NCBI RefSeq assembly: GCF_035084215.1
Contig: NC_090337.1
Span: 56,358,001 to 56,422,000, forward strand
Direction of reading: 5' to 3'
Origin: Heptranchias perlo
Taxonomy: Eukaryota
DNA: 64,000 bases
Shown: piece after piece, positions 37,881 to 52,540 of the stretch
Numbering within the stretch: position 1 is the stretch's first letter
Layout: every line of letters starts with the position of its first letter
Translations under genes and position numbers: made by a program
Notes under the pieces: model-generated
Databases searched by the model: none
What the model was told of the DNA's origin: nothing
Seen by the model: the letters and a program-made list of their open reading frames with translations, nothing else

Positions 37881-39554
37881 TTGATACACCTACCCAAAAG
37901 TCATTCCAGATTAGATCTACAAGTATTCGGCTTACATCAAGATTACACGGCTCCCAAATAGCTTAGATACTGGACAAACTTAATTTTAGACATTCCTAAC
38001 CCGTGTGTCAATACATCTGAAAGGAAGTTGGGCCAATCCCTATTCAAATATAATGTGCAAACAATCAATAAACAAAAGTTTACACCACTTCAAAGGACCA
38101 ATATCATGATTCTGGGCAACAAGAGAACAGGTGCATAAGCAGCACATAGGGAGTGGGTAACGGAGAGTGGATTAATGTGGAGAGCTACCCACATCCACAA
38201 AACAATTTTATGTAGGTTTAGGGACTAGTATTTCTAACAGAATGTACTTCGTGTCACATTACCACCAGAACTTAATTCCAAGAAATGGCATTTCCAAAAT
38301 GTAAAGTTTATCCTTGACAATGGTACCTGAGTCCCTTTTTAACTTTTTCTCATCAATTTTCTCCCCTCTCCTCTTGAAGGCATTGGCACCTTGTTGGGGT
38401 ATGAATCCATAGACACCCTCTGGTGCTTCTCCCAACTGGGACTTATCCATGTCTGGCCCTTGATGGTGAGTGTTGGCAGACTGTTCAACCACAGAGGTCA
38501 AGCCTGATTCTTCCCTTATCCGACATGCACACACCCACACTTCCAGCTCATGTAATTGGGTATTAATCAGCAGCGGGAGTCCAACCAATTTTCCCCATCA
38601 CTAGCCCAGAGGTGGTGAGCCCAATTGTAGCATCCCACCTACAGCCCTAACTAAGACCAGCTGATTCAGCACATGGTGTCAATCAAACCTGTAACCTTCT
38701 TAGCCAATGTTTTTATTCAAAAAATGATCAGATCCAGAAAATTCGGGACACAGTTCAAACTTACCACATTGGGGGCAGAATGAGTGCATGAAATGAGTTA
38801 AAGGAAGGAAAAGCATGAAGGAAGGGTGAGTCAGCCTCAGGAGGGTGGGGGTGGGGGACTGAACTCTCCGAATTTGGCAGTGTATTCAGCCCGCCCATTG
38901 TATACTGACCAAATCCTACATGCCTCTAAATTGTCCTGAGTTTGAATCCCTCTCTTTTGCCGGGTTTTGTTAACTCGGTGGCAGCTTAAAAATGAACAGT
39001 TTAACAAATGAACAATTTACAGTAGCAACCAGGGACCGGAGCTTTTTATATGGTTGACTCCCTTTGATACCATGCACAAGGTATTATTGATCAGTCAGTA
39101 ATGGTTAAGCGAAGGCAATGATGGTCAAATAAAGAGAATCGTATCTTTATTAAAACAAAAGTATCCAGGGACACCAAATGTTTGTAATCTGTAATCAGCA
39201 ATGGCTGCTTGATCAAGGCTGAGAAACCTTGAGGCAGCTGAGCAGGTGAGGCAATTATTTTATGACTTCAAGAGGCCTCACTTCTGGGAGTGGTCCTTAG
39301 TGCTAAGCACAAGGGAAATATCCGATGAGGCCTGAAAATCGCAACACCCAGATATAAAGGAATAAGGTCTAAAGTGTGTAGTACCAGGCTGAGGGAGGAG
39401 GCAGTAAACCTGTCAATCTGGGCTGGGTACAAACCCTGATCCCATAGCTAAAAAAGGCAGTGTCCTAACTTGGCACCATTGAGACTTAGCTTTCAATAAG
39501 TTGATATGCAAGTGAGCTACCCCAGATCTGACCTCAACAGCAAGTTTTAAAAAA

Positions 39555-39900
39555 ATTATTTGTTTCTCAGGATGTAAGCGATGCTTGTTGGTCCATATTT
39601 ATTGCCCACCCCTAGTTGCCCTGAAAAACTAGTGGGGGCCCACTTCAGAGGGCATTTAGAGTCAACCACATATTGTAGGACTGCAGTCACACATAAGTCA
39701 CACCAGGTAAGGGTAGCAGGTTCCCTTCCCTGCAGGACATGAGTGAACCAGTTGGGTTTTTATGATAATCCAGCAGTATTCATGGTCATTCTCTGGTGCT
39801 AGCTCACAAATTACTAGATTTATTAAATTCAGTTTCACAACTTGCAATGGTGGGAATTGAACTCATGACCACTGGTCCAGTGCCATAACTGTAACTATAA
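39555..39900 (-). mobile_element. tRNA-derived SINE of a second family
   Basis: ggtgggaattgaactc (reverse B box); shares cacttcagagggcat...gagtcaac...ccttccctg with ~37300. Confidence 0.6.
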
Positions 39901-41479
39901 ATAGGCGGCTGTACCCCATTAATTGAGTTATCCGAATGTAGCATGAGATAATAAAAAAAGAAATTACCAACGCCTTGCATTTCTTCAACCTCTCTTATAA
40001 ATATCTGACTACTAATTTGAAAAGGGTTCAGCTTTTCTCTGTATTGAAAGGAAAGGGTAAATGGGTGTTGCAAAACACAGTGTCATTGGAAGTCTCTGGT
40101 TTTTAGTTACTAATTATGACGGGGCTTTTGGGACGATGCACTGAGTAAAAGCTAGGCTCTTGGAGCCTTTCCCAAAGAGGAAAATCAGGGGATAAGTCAA
40201 CTGGCATATCTTCCAGTAGCTACTGAAAGATTGTATGGAAAGAGGCCTGGGCGTAGCTCACCTTCCCAACCCATTGGGTGCTGGCAAGGGCAGGGAGGCA
40301 TATAAGAGGAAGAGAAAATAATTAAAACATGGATTAAAATTTAAATATTCTGAAATTGCAAGGATAGTATCTGACGAAACAAATGCTAATCTCTTGCTGC
40401 ATAAACAGTGGAAAATAAGTTTTTATATTGAGAATTTCAATTCCAATTTTATGCAGTATTGTCAGTAGGTAATTAAATTTGATTTCAGCTAGCTGACGGC
40501 CTTTTGAAGGTTATTTAATTTTAATATAAATAGATGAAAGGATGGGAGGGATGCTACTGACTGGGATCAGTTGGTCTTCTGTAGTTTTGAAATGATTATC
40601 TCTTCTCTCATGTCTTCCTCTCCCCAGGATTAAGATTTGAGTGTTTGGATATAATTGTCATAAATTCAATACTAAATGAAGATATACATTTTCTGATTTT
40701 TGTTTTCTTAAAGCAAAGGGACTCTGAGTTATCTTACATCTTTTCCAATCCCATTCCTTCGAAAATCCTCAACCTCTTTTTTTTTAAAAAAAGCATCAGA
40801 GTCCTTCGCCATCACTCCAGGATACTTGACAGCCAAATCTAAAGAGAAATTAACAGACATTTTCAGATCTCAGTAATTGAAAGCAACCCATTCAATGAGG
40901 TCCACCTGAGTGAGGCAGAATATTGTGGAGCTCTACAGCTTTAAATTGCTTGTTCGCAGCTTCAGAGAAAAACAATGATGATTTATATAGTCTCGGACTT
41001 TAACACGTCAGTGAAATTGAATGGACACCCATAGCAATAATCTCAGAATTTACGTTCCTCTTAAAGGGGATACTGTCTTCATAAAGAAATATTAGGCAAA
41101 CAATTTTTTTTGTTTTCAAACCTAGGACAGAATGACATGAATCATATTGAAAGGTGCAAATAGTGCAGAACTCTTGCACCTGGCTACACTCACCACATGT
41201 CATGAATCAAATTACTCATATACTGTATCCTGAAATATTATTTTCTGAAAGAAATTTACCTAATTTGCATTTGAAGGAATCAATACTATAATGTACTCAT
41301 CCTGGAGTGGGGCTGGAACACATAACTATGACTCGAAGGCAAGAATGTTATCAATCTGATCCATTGCAAAAATGGACATTTGTAAAATATGCACATTTCA
41401 CATGGAAATGCAGCGAGTTTTTTCTAGGTTGCAATTTGAGTTTTTTTTAAGATTTCTTTAGTATAACATCAAGAGACAG

Positions 41480-41985
41480 TCTTGCATTTATATAACATCT
41501 TAGCTCAGAAAAGTCTCAAAGCATTTCACATACAATGAATTACTTTGAAGTGCAGCAGCCATTTTACACACAATGCTATAAATATCAAGTTGATCTGTTT
41601 TAGTAGCATTGATTGGGGAAAGAATGTGAAGAAAGCATTTATATAAGCATCTTTCATGACTCAGGATGTCCCAAAGCGCTTTACAGCTGATGAAGTATTT
41701 TTGAAGTGTTGGAACACAGCAGCTAATTTGCAAACAACAATGTGCTAATGACCAGATAATCTGTTCTTGTGATGTTGGTTGAGGGATAAATATTGGTCAT
41801 GGCACCGAGGAGAACTCCCCTGCTTTTCTTCGAAATAGTGCCGTGGGATCTTTTACGTCCACCTGAGAGGGCAGACGGGGTCTTGGTTTAACGTCTCATC
41901 CGAAGGACGGCACCTCCGACGGTGCAGCACTCCCTCAGCCCTGCGCTGAAGTGTCAGCCTAGGATATGTAGTCAAGTCCCCAGAG
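41480..41985 (-). mobile_element. DeuSINE/SacSINE1-like SINE with an extra tail fragment
   Basis: Reverse complement of the core and tail seen at 6917 and 29478. Confidence 0.8.
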
Positions 41986-42836
41986 TATTCAATTGTTATG
42001 CCCTCAGGAAAAACAGGCTGCTAGTGTTAGCATTTAATTCACAGCCTATTCAACAGGTCAAAATTTTACCTGTGGAGGGCTAAGGGATTCAGTTAAAGCT
42101 CCTCAGCTAGTCATGAAGAATAAATATCTAGCAAGATTACAATTACTCCAATTGAAGGGGCATGGTCATTGAGGTAAAATTTCTGTCATGACACTTCAGG
42201 TTGTTTAGAGGAGGGCACAAAGAAGCACTTGGCAATACAATTACATATTTTTCTTCTGTGATAGTAATTTCTAAATTATCTTAGTTTGCAAATTGGCTGC
42301 TGCATTTCTTACATTACAACCCTTCACAAAAATACTGTTAGCTGTGAAGTACTTTGGGACGTCCTGAGCTCGAGAAAGGTGCTATATAAATGCAAGTTCT
42401 TCTTTAGTTTGAAGGGACATTATCATCCATTCAGGAAGTTTTGGGGCAGTCTCTATTCCTGATGCAGCATGTTGCGAGACCCCTGCTTCAGCCAAAGTTT
42501 AGCTGCTGGAAAAGTCTGTGCTACAATTTATGTGCTCTGTGCTACGACACAAACCACTGCAATATAGCTTTCCTCTATTACTTTTGTTAACACACCTTTT
42601 AAAAATGATTTTCACATCTCTGTTTACAAACGTCTGGGAACACGGTATACGTAGCATTTTACCAAGACAACAGTGATCTTTAATAAAATCACAGACCCGC
42701 ACAGGTCTGTAAACTTGAACTATTCACAAAATAAAAAAATTAAAATAAAGGTATGACACAGAAAAAAGGGCAATACTTTGGACTGTCATATAGGTTGAAT
42801 TAAATTGGAACAATAAGATGAGATTCTTTTCAAGGT

Positions 42837-43215
42837 GTCAGCCATGGCTCAGTGGTAGCATTCTTGCCTCCGAGTCAGTTCAAACCCCACTCCAGAGACT
42901 TGAGCGCAAAATCTAGACCAATCAGTGCAGTACTGAGAGAGTGTTGCACTGTTGGCGTTAACCCAAGGCCCCATCTGTCCTTTCAGGTGGATGTAAAAGA
43001 TCCCATGATACTATTCAACCAAGAGTGGGGGGTTTTCTCCGGTGTCCTGGCCAATATTTATCTCTCAACCAACTTCACTAAATACAGATTATGTGGTCAT
43101 TTATCTCATTACTGTTTGTGGGACCTTGCTGCGCGCAAAGTGCCGCGTTTCCTACATTAGAACAGTGACTACACTTCAAAAGTACTTCATTGGTTGTAAA
43201 GTGCTTTGTGACCTC
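42837..43215 (+). mobile_element. DeuSINE/SacSINE1-like SINE
   Basis: gtcagccatggctcagtggtagca...gttcaaacccc...gtcctggccaatattt. Confidence 0.8.
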
Positions 43216-43552
43216 CAGAATCAGCCCTGAAGCTGATTGTCACTGAATCCACAGAGCTCTCTGATTATTGTCAATGGCAGTACTCTATCAGCCCAGCAGG
43301 AGGAGTGCTTGAGCATCGTAAGACCTCGGCCAGCCGGCCTGCCCTCCCCTGCAGATGTCCTTATTACCTGTTAAATTGAAGAATTAGTCTGGCTGTGTTA
43401 ATCTTTTGTAAGACTGGGGAATTACATTTTTCTATCCAAAACTCAGTTTAAATTCAGTGTATAAGGAGAAGGCAATTAACAAACTTAATTTCTTTAATTT
43501 AAGCGGTAAATGTTTTCACAACTTTTTTGACCTTTTGCCTAAGTATATGTAA

Positions 43553-44249
43553 AAGTTAAGGTTGTGTCCAGGAAGTGTGCACCCAATGCTTTTTACTAAC
43601 TAGTATTTAATGTATTATAATCATCAGGAAATGGCTTGGTCCTGCTTTGTGAGACAAATTAGTTTGGCTTAAAGTCTTATTTGGATCAATATGCTCTAGA
43701 TAAATGGTGTAACAGCACTCTAGTAAATAGAATAAACTTTGGATAATCTGCTGGGCTGCCCAGTCACTCAGATCTGCTAGTGTCAATTGCTGTTACTTAA
43801 ATCAATTCTAGGGGTAACTAGCCATTCACAAAACTGTGTAGAAGAAATGTTACTGCCTCTTCGAGGTTGTAAAGAAACGCTATCACTTTTGGCTTGTGAG
43901 AAAAAAGTTTGCTGCATACCTGCAAATTTCAAGTTTCTGAACATGTTCCACATTGTCTGTTGAACGTACGGGTTCAGTTTTAAAGGTTCTTCCTTTCCAC
44001 TGAATACCAGTACAACACCAGATTGTTGCATCATATTCATTGAGCTAGTCAGGTAAATTTATTCAAAATACCTGCAGTGTAATTTTAATCCATATCGGAG
44101 GGATACCATGCTGCTGAAGTAAATTGTCTTATACAACAGGGCCAAGCCATTTCCTGATCATTAAAATAAATTAAATCTTAAAATATCTATCTATATATTA
44201 GTAAAAACCATACAAAGGGTGCACACTTTCCGATCCATAAACCTTACTT
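43553..44249. repeat. Degenerate long inverted repeat (arms ~43553-43660 and ~44121-44249, spacer ~460 bp)
   Basis: Perfect 17-bp core atcaggaaatggcttgg / ccaagccatttcctgat, plus collinear aagtgtgcaccc/gggtgcacactt and tttttactaa/ttagtaaaaa. Confidence 0.75.
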
Positions 44250-44669
44250 CCTGTTGTCACTCTTTTTATGTCATTTCCTATTCAATTTTGCTATGTCAAC
44301 TGTCACCATGTAGTTGCAGGCTCTGGGCACTAGGTGGCTCCAGGGGCCACCTTTCTGAAGTCCCTCCGCTAACTCGGTTGTCATCTCGAATATAAAAAAA
44401 TGATATTCATCATTGACCATGGACAATGCCGCAGGTAATTTGCTAGTAAAAAAAATAATGATACTGTGTGTGAAAGATGTGGAATGACCCATTATCTCAC
44501 AGCAAACTATATCCTTGTTCTATTTTACTGGCAATCATGTCATGTATAAACTTAGATTTATCTGTCAAAAAGCTTCTAATTTGCACTTGCTGCTGTCACC
44601 TACTCCAGGAGAAACTTTGATTATAAGTAAGTCACCAAAAATTACTAAGTAGAACAGAAGCAAAACTTC

Positions 44670-45320
44670 CATAGGAACAGGATTAGGCCATTCAGCCCCT
44701 CGAGCCTGTTCCGTCATTCAGTGATATCATGGCTGATCTGTATCCTACCTCCATTTACCTGCCTTGGCTCCATATCCCTTAATACCCTTGACTAGCAAAA
44801 ATCTATCAATCTCAGATTTAAAATTATTAATTGAGCTAGTATCTACTGCTTTTATGGGAGAGAGTTCCACACTTCTACCACCCCTTGCATAAAGAAATGT
44901 TTCCTAACTTCTTTCCTGAATGGCCTGACTCTGATTTGAAGGTTATGTCCTCTTGTCCTAGACTCCCCCACTAGCGGAAAAAGTTTCTCTCTATCTATCC
45001 TATCAATTCCTTTCAAAACCCTAAAAACCTCAATCAAATCAACCCTTAACTTTCTATATTCTAGGGAATACAAGCTTAGTTCTTGCCCTCTATTTATAAA
45101 GGCTAACATTCCATTAGCCTTTTTGATTATTTTTAATACCTGACCACTACATTTTAGTGATCTGTGTACACGGACCCCTAAATCTCTTTGGACCTCCCCT
45201 GTTCCTAGCTTATCGCCATTTAAAAAATACTCGGATCTGTTCTTTTTTGGTAAAAATGGATGACCTCACACTTGCCTGCATTGAAATCCACCTGCCACAG
45301 TTTTGCCCACTCACTTAATC
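44670..45320 (-). mobile_element. CR1 3' fragment, internally deleted
   Basis: LYSLEYRKLRVDLIEVF...VVEVWNSLP; tail cataggaacagg. Confidence 0.85.
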
Positions 45321-45359
45321 TTATAATTACTTAAAATTTTTATTATGCTACAAACTATT

Positions 45360-45963
45360 AAAAAGACTTGCATTTATATAGCGCCTTTCATATCCTCAGG
45401 ATATCCCAAAGCGTTATAATCGCTGTTGTTATGCAGGCAAACATTGAAGCTGATTTTTGCAGATCAAAATCCCACAAACAACAATAAAATAAGGATCAAT
45501 GAATCAATTTTGATGGTGTTGGTTGAGGGATAAATGTTGGCTAAGGCACCAAGAAAACTCTCCCTTTTCTTCAAATAGGATTTCTTACATCCACCTGAAT
45601 AGATAGACAGCACCTCAGATTTTAAGTCTGAGATCGATAGATTTTTGCTAGCCAAGGGTATTAAGGGATACGGAGCCAAGGTGAGTAAATGGAGTTAGGA
45701 TACAGATCAGCCATGATCTCATTGAATGATGGGACAGGCTCGAGGCGCTGAATGGCCTAATCCTGTTCGTATGTCATACATATAGGAATTTTGCTTCAGT
45801 TTTATTTCCTCATTCACAAGACGGCACCTCCAACAATGCAGCACTCCCTCATTACTGCACGCCCTCAGTGTCAGTCTGAATTATGTGCTCAAGTCTCTGG
45901 AATGGGGCTTAAAAGCTCAACCTTTTGACTCTCAAAAAGTGCTACCAGTGAGCCAGGCTGACA
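45360..45963 (-). mobile_element. DeuSINE-like SINE interrupted by a + strand CR1 3' end (~45617-45775)
   Basis: SINE tail at 45360, head ending gagccaggctgac at ~45963; the intervening segment is CR1 3'UTR. Confidence 0.7.
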
Positions 45964-46681
45964 TCTAAAAGTTATGAGACAAATAAACTACTCAAGCTTG
46001 CCTGCTAATTGCATAAAAGTTAAATTGTACTACTTAAGTTAGTTTTTATGATCTTAAATTCTCCTGACAATGTCTTGCATTCTTCCCTCACTGAGTGACC
46101 AGGTAAACAACACGTTCTCATGTCCAAAATAAACTTTTAAAACTTCATTTGTCATCTTTTTAATATTGTCAGAGAATGGATTGCCTCATAGAGCTTTACA
46201 CTAACGTTAAACTGTGACTAGCATTAGGGTGCCTGTGGGCTTGATTTTCCCTGACTAGAAAACTATGTGGACCTGGGAGTATAACTCGGGTCTACCAGAA
46301 CTGTGTCATTCCAAACAGGTACCTGTCCCAAACTGGTAGGTGCAGCATAATGGAGCTAAAGGAGTTGGTAAAGAAGGAATTTCACCATTGAGACTCCCTT
46401 TAGAAATCAAACAGGTCCAAAGACTGCTGATTAACTTTAACATTTATTTCCTTATTAACATTTCTGCCTGAATATTTTAGTTTAAGCAGCGAGTGCTGGT
46501 GATATCCTTCCAAAGAACAGGCGGAGAAGAGCTCCTGAGCCCAGCAGTATGAGGGCGCACACTTACATCAGCACAAATAGATCTAGCCCTTAACCCAGAG
46601 CACTTTAAGGACTAAAGCATTTCAACCTGTGTGTGTTAGTTCGCCTGTCTCACACCATCAGGCTCAGTAACTCCAATTAGT

Positions 46682-49325
46682 CATAGAATCGTAGAATGAT
46701 TACAGCATAGAAGGAGGCTATTCGGCCCATCGAGCCCGTACCAGTGCTCTGCAAGAGCAATCCAGCTAATCCCTCTCCCCTGCCCTTTCACTTTAGCCCT
46801 GCAAATTTTTTCCCTTCAAGAACTTATCCAATTCCCTTTTGAAAGCCATGATTGAATCTGCCCCCATCAGCCCCTCATGCGGTGCATTCCAGATCAAAAC
46901 CACTCGCTGTGTAAAAAAGTTTTTCCTCATGTCGCCTTTGGTTCTTTTGCCAATCACCTTAAATCTGTATCCTCTGGTTCTTGACCCTTCTGTCAATGGG
47001 AACAGTTTCTTTCCATCGACTCTGTCTAGACCCCCTAATGATTTTGAACACCTCTATTAAGTTTCCTCTCAACCTTCCCTGTTCTAAGGAGAACAACCCG
47101 AGCTTCTCCATTCTATCCACGTAACTGAAATCCTTCATCCCTGGAACCATTCTAGTAAATCTTTTCTGCACCCTCTCTAAGGACTTCACATCCTTCCTAA
47201 AGTGCGGTGCCCAGAATTAGACACAATACTCCAGTTGTGGCCAAACCAATGTTTTATAAAGGTTCATCATAACTTTTTTGCTTTTGTACTCTATGCCTCT
47301 ATTTATAAAGCCCAGGATCCCATATGCATTTTTAACCACTTTCTCAATCTGCCCTGCCACCTTCAAAGATTTGTGCACATATACCCCCTTTAGAATTGTG
47401 CCCTTTAGATAATGTTGCCTCTCCTCATTCCTACCAAAATGTATCACTTCGCACTTCACTGCGTTAAATTTCATCTGCCATGTGTCTGCCCATTCCACCA
47501 GCCTGTCTATATCCTCTTGAAGTCTATCATTATCCTCCTTCCTGTTCACTACACTTCCAAGTTTTGTGTCATCTGCAAATTTTGAAATTGTGTCCTGTAT
47601 ACCCAAGACCAAGTCATTAATATATATCAAGAAAAGCAGTGGTCCTAGTACTGACCCCTGGGGAACATCACTGTACATCTCCCTCCAGTCTGAAAAACAA
47701 CCGTTCACTACTACTGTCTGTTTCCTGTCACTTAACCAATTTTGTATCTATGCTGCCACTGCCCTTTTTATTCCATGAGCTTCATCTTTGCTGACAAGCC
47801 TATTATGTGGCACTTTATCAAACACCTTTTGGAAGTCCATATACACCACATCAACCGCATTGCCCTCATCAACCCCCTGTGTTACATAAGAACATAAGAA
47901 TTAGGAGCAGGAATAGGCCATACTGCCCCTTGAGCATGCTCTGCCATTCAGTAAGATCATGGCTGATCTTCAACCTCAACTCCACTTTCCTGCCCAATCC
48001 GCATATCCCTTAATTCCCCTAGAGTCCAAAAATTTATCTATCTCAGCCTTGAATATACTCAATAACTCAACATCCACAGCCCTCTGGAGTAGAGAATTCC
48101 TAAGATTCACAACCCTCTGAGTGAAGAAATTCCTCCTCATCTTAGTCTTAAATGGCCGACCCCTTATCCTACAACTATGCCCTCTGGTTCTAGACTCTCC
48201 AGCCAGGGAAAACATCATCTTAGCATCTACCCTGTCAAGCCCCCTCAGAATTTTTTATGTTTCAATGAGATCACCTCTCATTCTTCTAAACTCCAGAGAG
48301 TATAGGCCCATTCTACTCAACCTCTCTTCATAGGACAACTCTCTTATCCTAGGAATTAATCTAGTGAACCTCTGCTGCAACGCCTCTAAGGCAAGTATAT
48401 CCTTCCTTAAATAAGGAGACCAAAACTGTACGTCGTACTCCAGGTGCGGTCTCATCAAAGCCCTGTGCAATTGTAGTAAGACTTCCTTACTGTTGTACTC
48501 CAACCCCCTTGCAATAAAGGCCAACATGCCATTTGCTTTCCTAATTGCCTGCTGTACATGCATGCTAATTTTTTGAGTGTCTCTGGACACCAACATTTAA
48601 TGGTTTCTCACCATTTAAAAAATATTCTGTTTTTCTATTCTTCCTAACAAAGTGAATAACCTCACATTTCCCCACATTATACTCCATCTGCCACTTTCTT
48701 GCCCACTTACCCCTTCAAAAAACTCAATCAAGTTAGTTAAGCACAATTTGCCTTTAACAAATCCGTGCTGGCTTTCCCTAATTAATCCACTCTTGTCCAA
48801 GTGACTGTTAATTTTGTCCCAGATTATCATTCCTAAAAGTTTCCCCACCATCGAGGTTAAACTGACTGGCCTGTAGTTGCTGGGTTTATCCTTACGCCCT
48901 TTTTTGAACAAGGGTGTAGCATTTGCAATTCTGCAGTCCTCTAGCACCATCATCTGAGGATGATTGGAAGATTATGGCCAGTACCTCCGCAATTTCCACT
49001 TTTCCCTCAGCAACCTAGGATGCATCTCATCTGGACTTGGTGACTTATCTACTTTAAGTACAGCCAGCCTTTCTAGTACCTCCTCTTTATTAATTTTTAG
49101 CCCATCCAGTATCTCAACTACCTCCTCTTAATGTGACTTGGGCAACATCTTCTTCCTTGGTAAAGACAGATGCAAAGTACTCATTCAGTACCTCAGCCAT
49201 GCCGTCTGCCCCCGTGTGTGTAAGTTTCCTTTTTGGTCCCTAATCGGCTTCACCTCCTCTTACTACCCGTTTAGTATTTATATACCTATAGAAGACTTTT
49301 GAATTCCCTTTATCTTAATTGCCAA
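46682..49325 (-). mobile_element. CR1 LINE with a second CR1 nested at ~47885-48705
   Basis: Outer element: tail catagaatcgtagaat, DVPQGSVLGP/FADD, resuming with QHGFVKGKLCLTNL. Inner element: tail acataagaacataagaa and its own ORF2 C-terminus. Confidence 0.9.
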
Positions 49326-51899
49326 AGATGTCATCAGAGATTGCTGTTCAAACAACAAAATGTTTTAAACGAACCAAAATAATAAGGATATTAAAGTTGA
49401 GCATAGTTATTTTAACTCCTCTTTAAACACACATGAAACTTATTAAAGGCTTTGGCATAATTCTTAAAATGATTAAGTCAAAACATAGCCAGGTAAAGCA
49501 CCAGCTCCATTTTACTGAGTTTAAACTCGTGAAAATGTCTAATAGCACATACTATTTGGGGCAATTCTCCCTGTCTTCTGTACTAATTATTGGATCAAAT
49601 GACATGTTTTTCGAGTGGGAGATAAACCTTACCCTGAAGAGGAATTAGCTGTAGTTAAACAATTCCAGACTATTAAAGAAAACCTGGAGTTAATATTGCT
49701 TGTCACAACCACCATTACATTGTGCTGCTGTCACTGCAAAAGTGAATTTAGGTTTGCCAGTGCATTTATTACATTAGTTGCAATTATCTTTATTTTTTTT
49801 TTCCTGGCACCCATCTATGTTTATAACCCTGGTTTGGAGATGTTCCCAGTGCTTGAAACTCTGGGTGGCACAGCACTCGCTGAGGGCATGGGAGGTATTT
49901 AGAGATTCCAGTCACAGAGATGACAAGTGGACAAAGTGGGAGTGGCCTTGGGTAGAGGTTGTGTACCTGAGGGCACAATGAAGGGCTTCAGGTGCTCAGG
50001 AGTACCTTTAGTGGCTAAAGGTAAGAGAAGGCTGTGCAGGGTAGTCCAAGAAGACTCTAGGAACCAAGGCAACAAATAGATAACAAAGCTAGGATGACCA
50101 AGGGCAATAAGATGCCAGGGACAGATTAAGATGGAGAAAGGGAGGTTAATAGCACAATGGAATGCATCACACTGCGAAGACAGGGGAGATGCACATACTG
50201 AAGTTTAGTTATAGTAATGATGCAACAGCATGCCTCATCATATGGTTGGTTCATTGGTTATTTGCGCCCTGCCACTCCAGATTGCTGTACTACAATAACA
50301 ACAACTTGAATTTATACAACGCATTTCATGTAGAAAAGTGTCCCAAGGCGCTTCACAAAAGCCTCATCAGGCAAAAATAGACACCAAGCCAAAGAAGGAG
50401 ATACTCGGAGGGGTGACTAAAAGCTTTCCATGGTGGTGGAAATTTGAAATATTATCCTTGTGCAACAAGTTCTAAGAGCATATATGACAAGGAACCAAAA
50501 AGTTCAAATATGCATTAAAGATATTTGATTCCATCATTGTGCAATTACTTTCAACCCTCTGATTAAAAGAATAAAAGTGCAAAGCCAATAAAAATGGTCG
50601 CCTTGTTATATGCGGGACTAAAAGATGCTGCAGCCTTCAGCAGAAGGTGAGTGAAAACAGCCAGTTGTAAAAAGCACAAGTGATGCATAGGCATGAGCTA
50701 AGGGTGAGTTCATCTGTAACATTCCTTCAGGCCAACTTCAATTTAACGTCCCTATTTTGCACTTCCTCTGGATGTTCCATAGGATAGAACAATCATCAGG
50801 TACAAAAATCATAATAATCTTGGCTTGTTAAGCCAATGAAACGGGAACCCAATGTAAGGAGAAGCAACACAGTGTTTCAATAACTAACAAAAGATTAGGC
50901 AGGCAGCCTCTCTGCAACAGTGAACAGTAAAGTAACAGTGGTTCATAAATACACACAAAACCTGAGAAAGTGACCGACTAAAATAGTGACTTATTTTCTT
51001 CATGACAAACTCTTGAGAATTATTGTATCCTCACTAATGTAGTGCAAAGGGGGGGGGGGGAGGGGTAGAAGGTTCCATATTGCTGTATATCTCAATTCCT
51101 TCCTTTCCTAATGATGTGCTCTTATCAAATTTTCATTATATATAGTTAACTTAAATGGGCACCATTCCTAAAAAGGCACTGTATGTTCCTTGAACAAATA
51201 CTGTTTATACTGATATTACTTCTAAGCAGTGAATAAATAAGCATCTAGAACTAGTACTGCACATCTTTGCACCTTATATCTCCCTAAATAAATAGATCAG
51301 TATTTTTCTAAAGTATTGCACACATATTTAAGTAAGTTCTCCTCACTTAGTAAATACAGAATAAAGATCCTTACTGTATCATGGAGCCCAGGAGTTTTTC
51401 CTCATGAAAGCTTTTAAGTTAGCGTCAACGGTGCAACACACCAAGTCCAATAACATGTTTCAATGTAATTCAGTAAAGAGTTAGCAGGCATGTTTTACCT
51501 CGTTTGAATCAGTTCCTGAGCACAGTGTGTGTTTCGCCAGCACCGAACAGCGACTATCTGCACTGACCTTTCCCTACAAAGTTCTGTGCTAAATCATCCT
51601 CGTTTCCATGGGCACCACTAAGTGGGGCAGGGATAAGGCCTGGCTGATGCATATGTAGATTGTAACAAAAGCATCCTCAAGATTGGAGACTGCACGTGTG
51701 GATTTCTCTTTTGGATGTTGCGTGTGTATTGGAAAAAGTCAAACTGGAAGAGACACCCGGTATATTTTGTCCTTTTGGGGATGTTTATTAATGAAATAAT
51801 ACATCATCAGGACAGGACTGTATGTGCCCCATTCAGTTTTGCCCCAGTATCGCACAGTTCTGTCTTCATGCTTGCTCCCGTTACAATTGTAATTGAGAT

Positions 51900-52265
51900 C
51901 ATCGGACTATTTCCACTGGAGAAGACGAGGCTAACAGGAAATTTATTAGAAATTTATTAGAATTATAAAAAGTTTTGACATTGAATAGGAAAAGACTATT
52001 TCCTTCGGTTGGGGAGTCAGTGATGAGGGGTCATCAATTTAAAACTGTTACTGAGAGTGAGAAGAGAGGATAGGAGAAATACAGAGGGTTGTTGGAGCAT
52101 GGAGTGTTTTGCCACAGGGAGTGATTGAGGCAGAGATCTTTTATTGGAAAATTCAATAATTATTTGAAGTAGTGAGTCAAGGCTATGGGGTAGTGGTATT
52201 AGTTCTGGATTGCTCCATCAAGCAGCGCGATGGGCCAAATGGCCTCCTTCTATGATGTAAACTTC
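51900..52265 (+). mobile_element. Old CR1 3' fragment
   Basis: GLFPLEKTRLTGNLLEIY; 3'UTR gatgggccaaatggcctccttct. Confidence 0.7.
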
Positions 52266-52540
52266 CAGTTTTCTGCTTCAAAAAGCAAATAGTGATGCTG
52301 TTTTCATTTTAACACAGAGATGTTTTATTGAAAGGGCTTTGAAATGTATGTTGCATGAAATATGGGTAGTGCTACAGTGAAAGCAAGGCCTTCTATGCTT
52401 CACTTGTACTGCGAGAGCAAATTATTCACAGAAGCCATCAAAAAGTCATGCGAGGTCAAAAATGCAGTAAATTCAAGGACTCTAAAGTATGCACTGGTAA
52501 TATTTTTCTCTCTAAACAAAAGACGCCTCAATAAACTTAC

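Noticed and set aside
43783-44040. 85-aa ORF between the inverted arms as a cargo gene
   Set aside because: No recognisable domain, and the length is within chance expectation.
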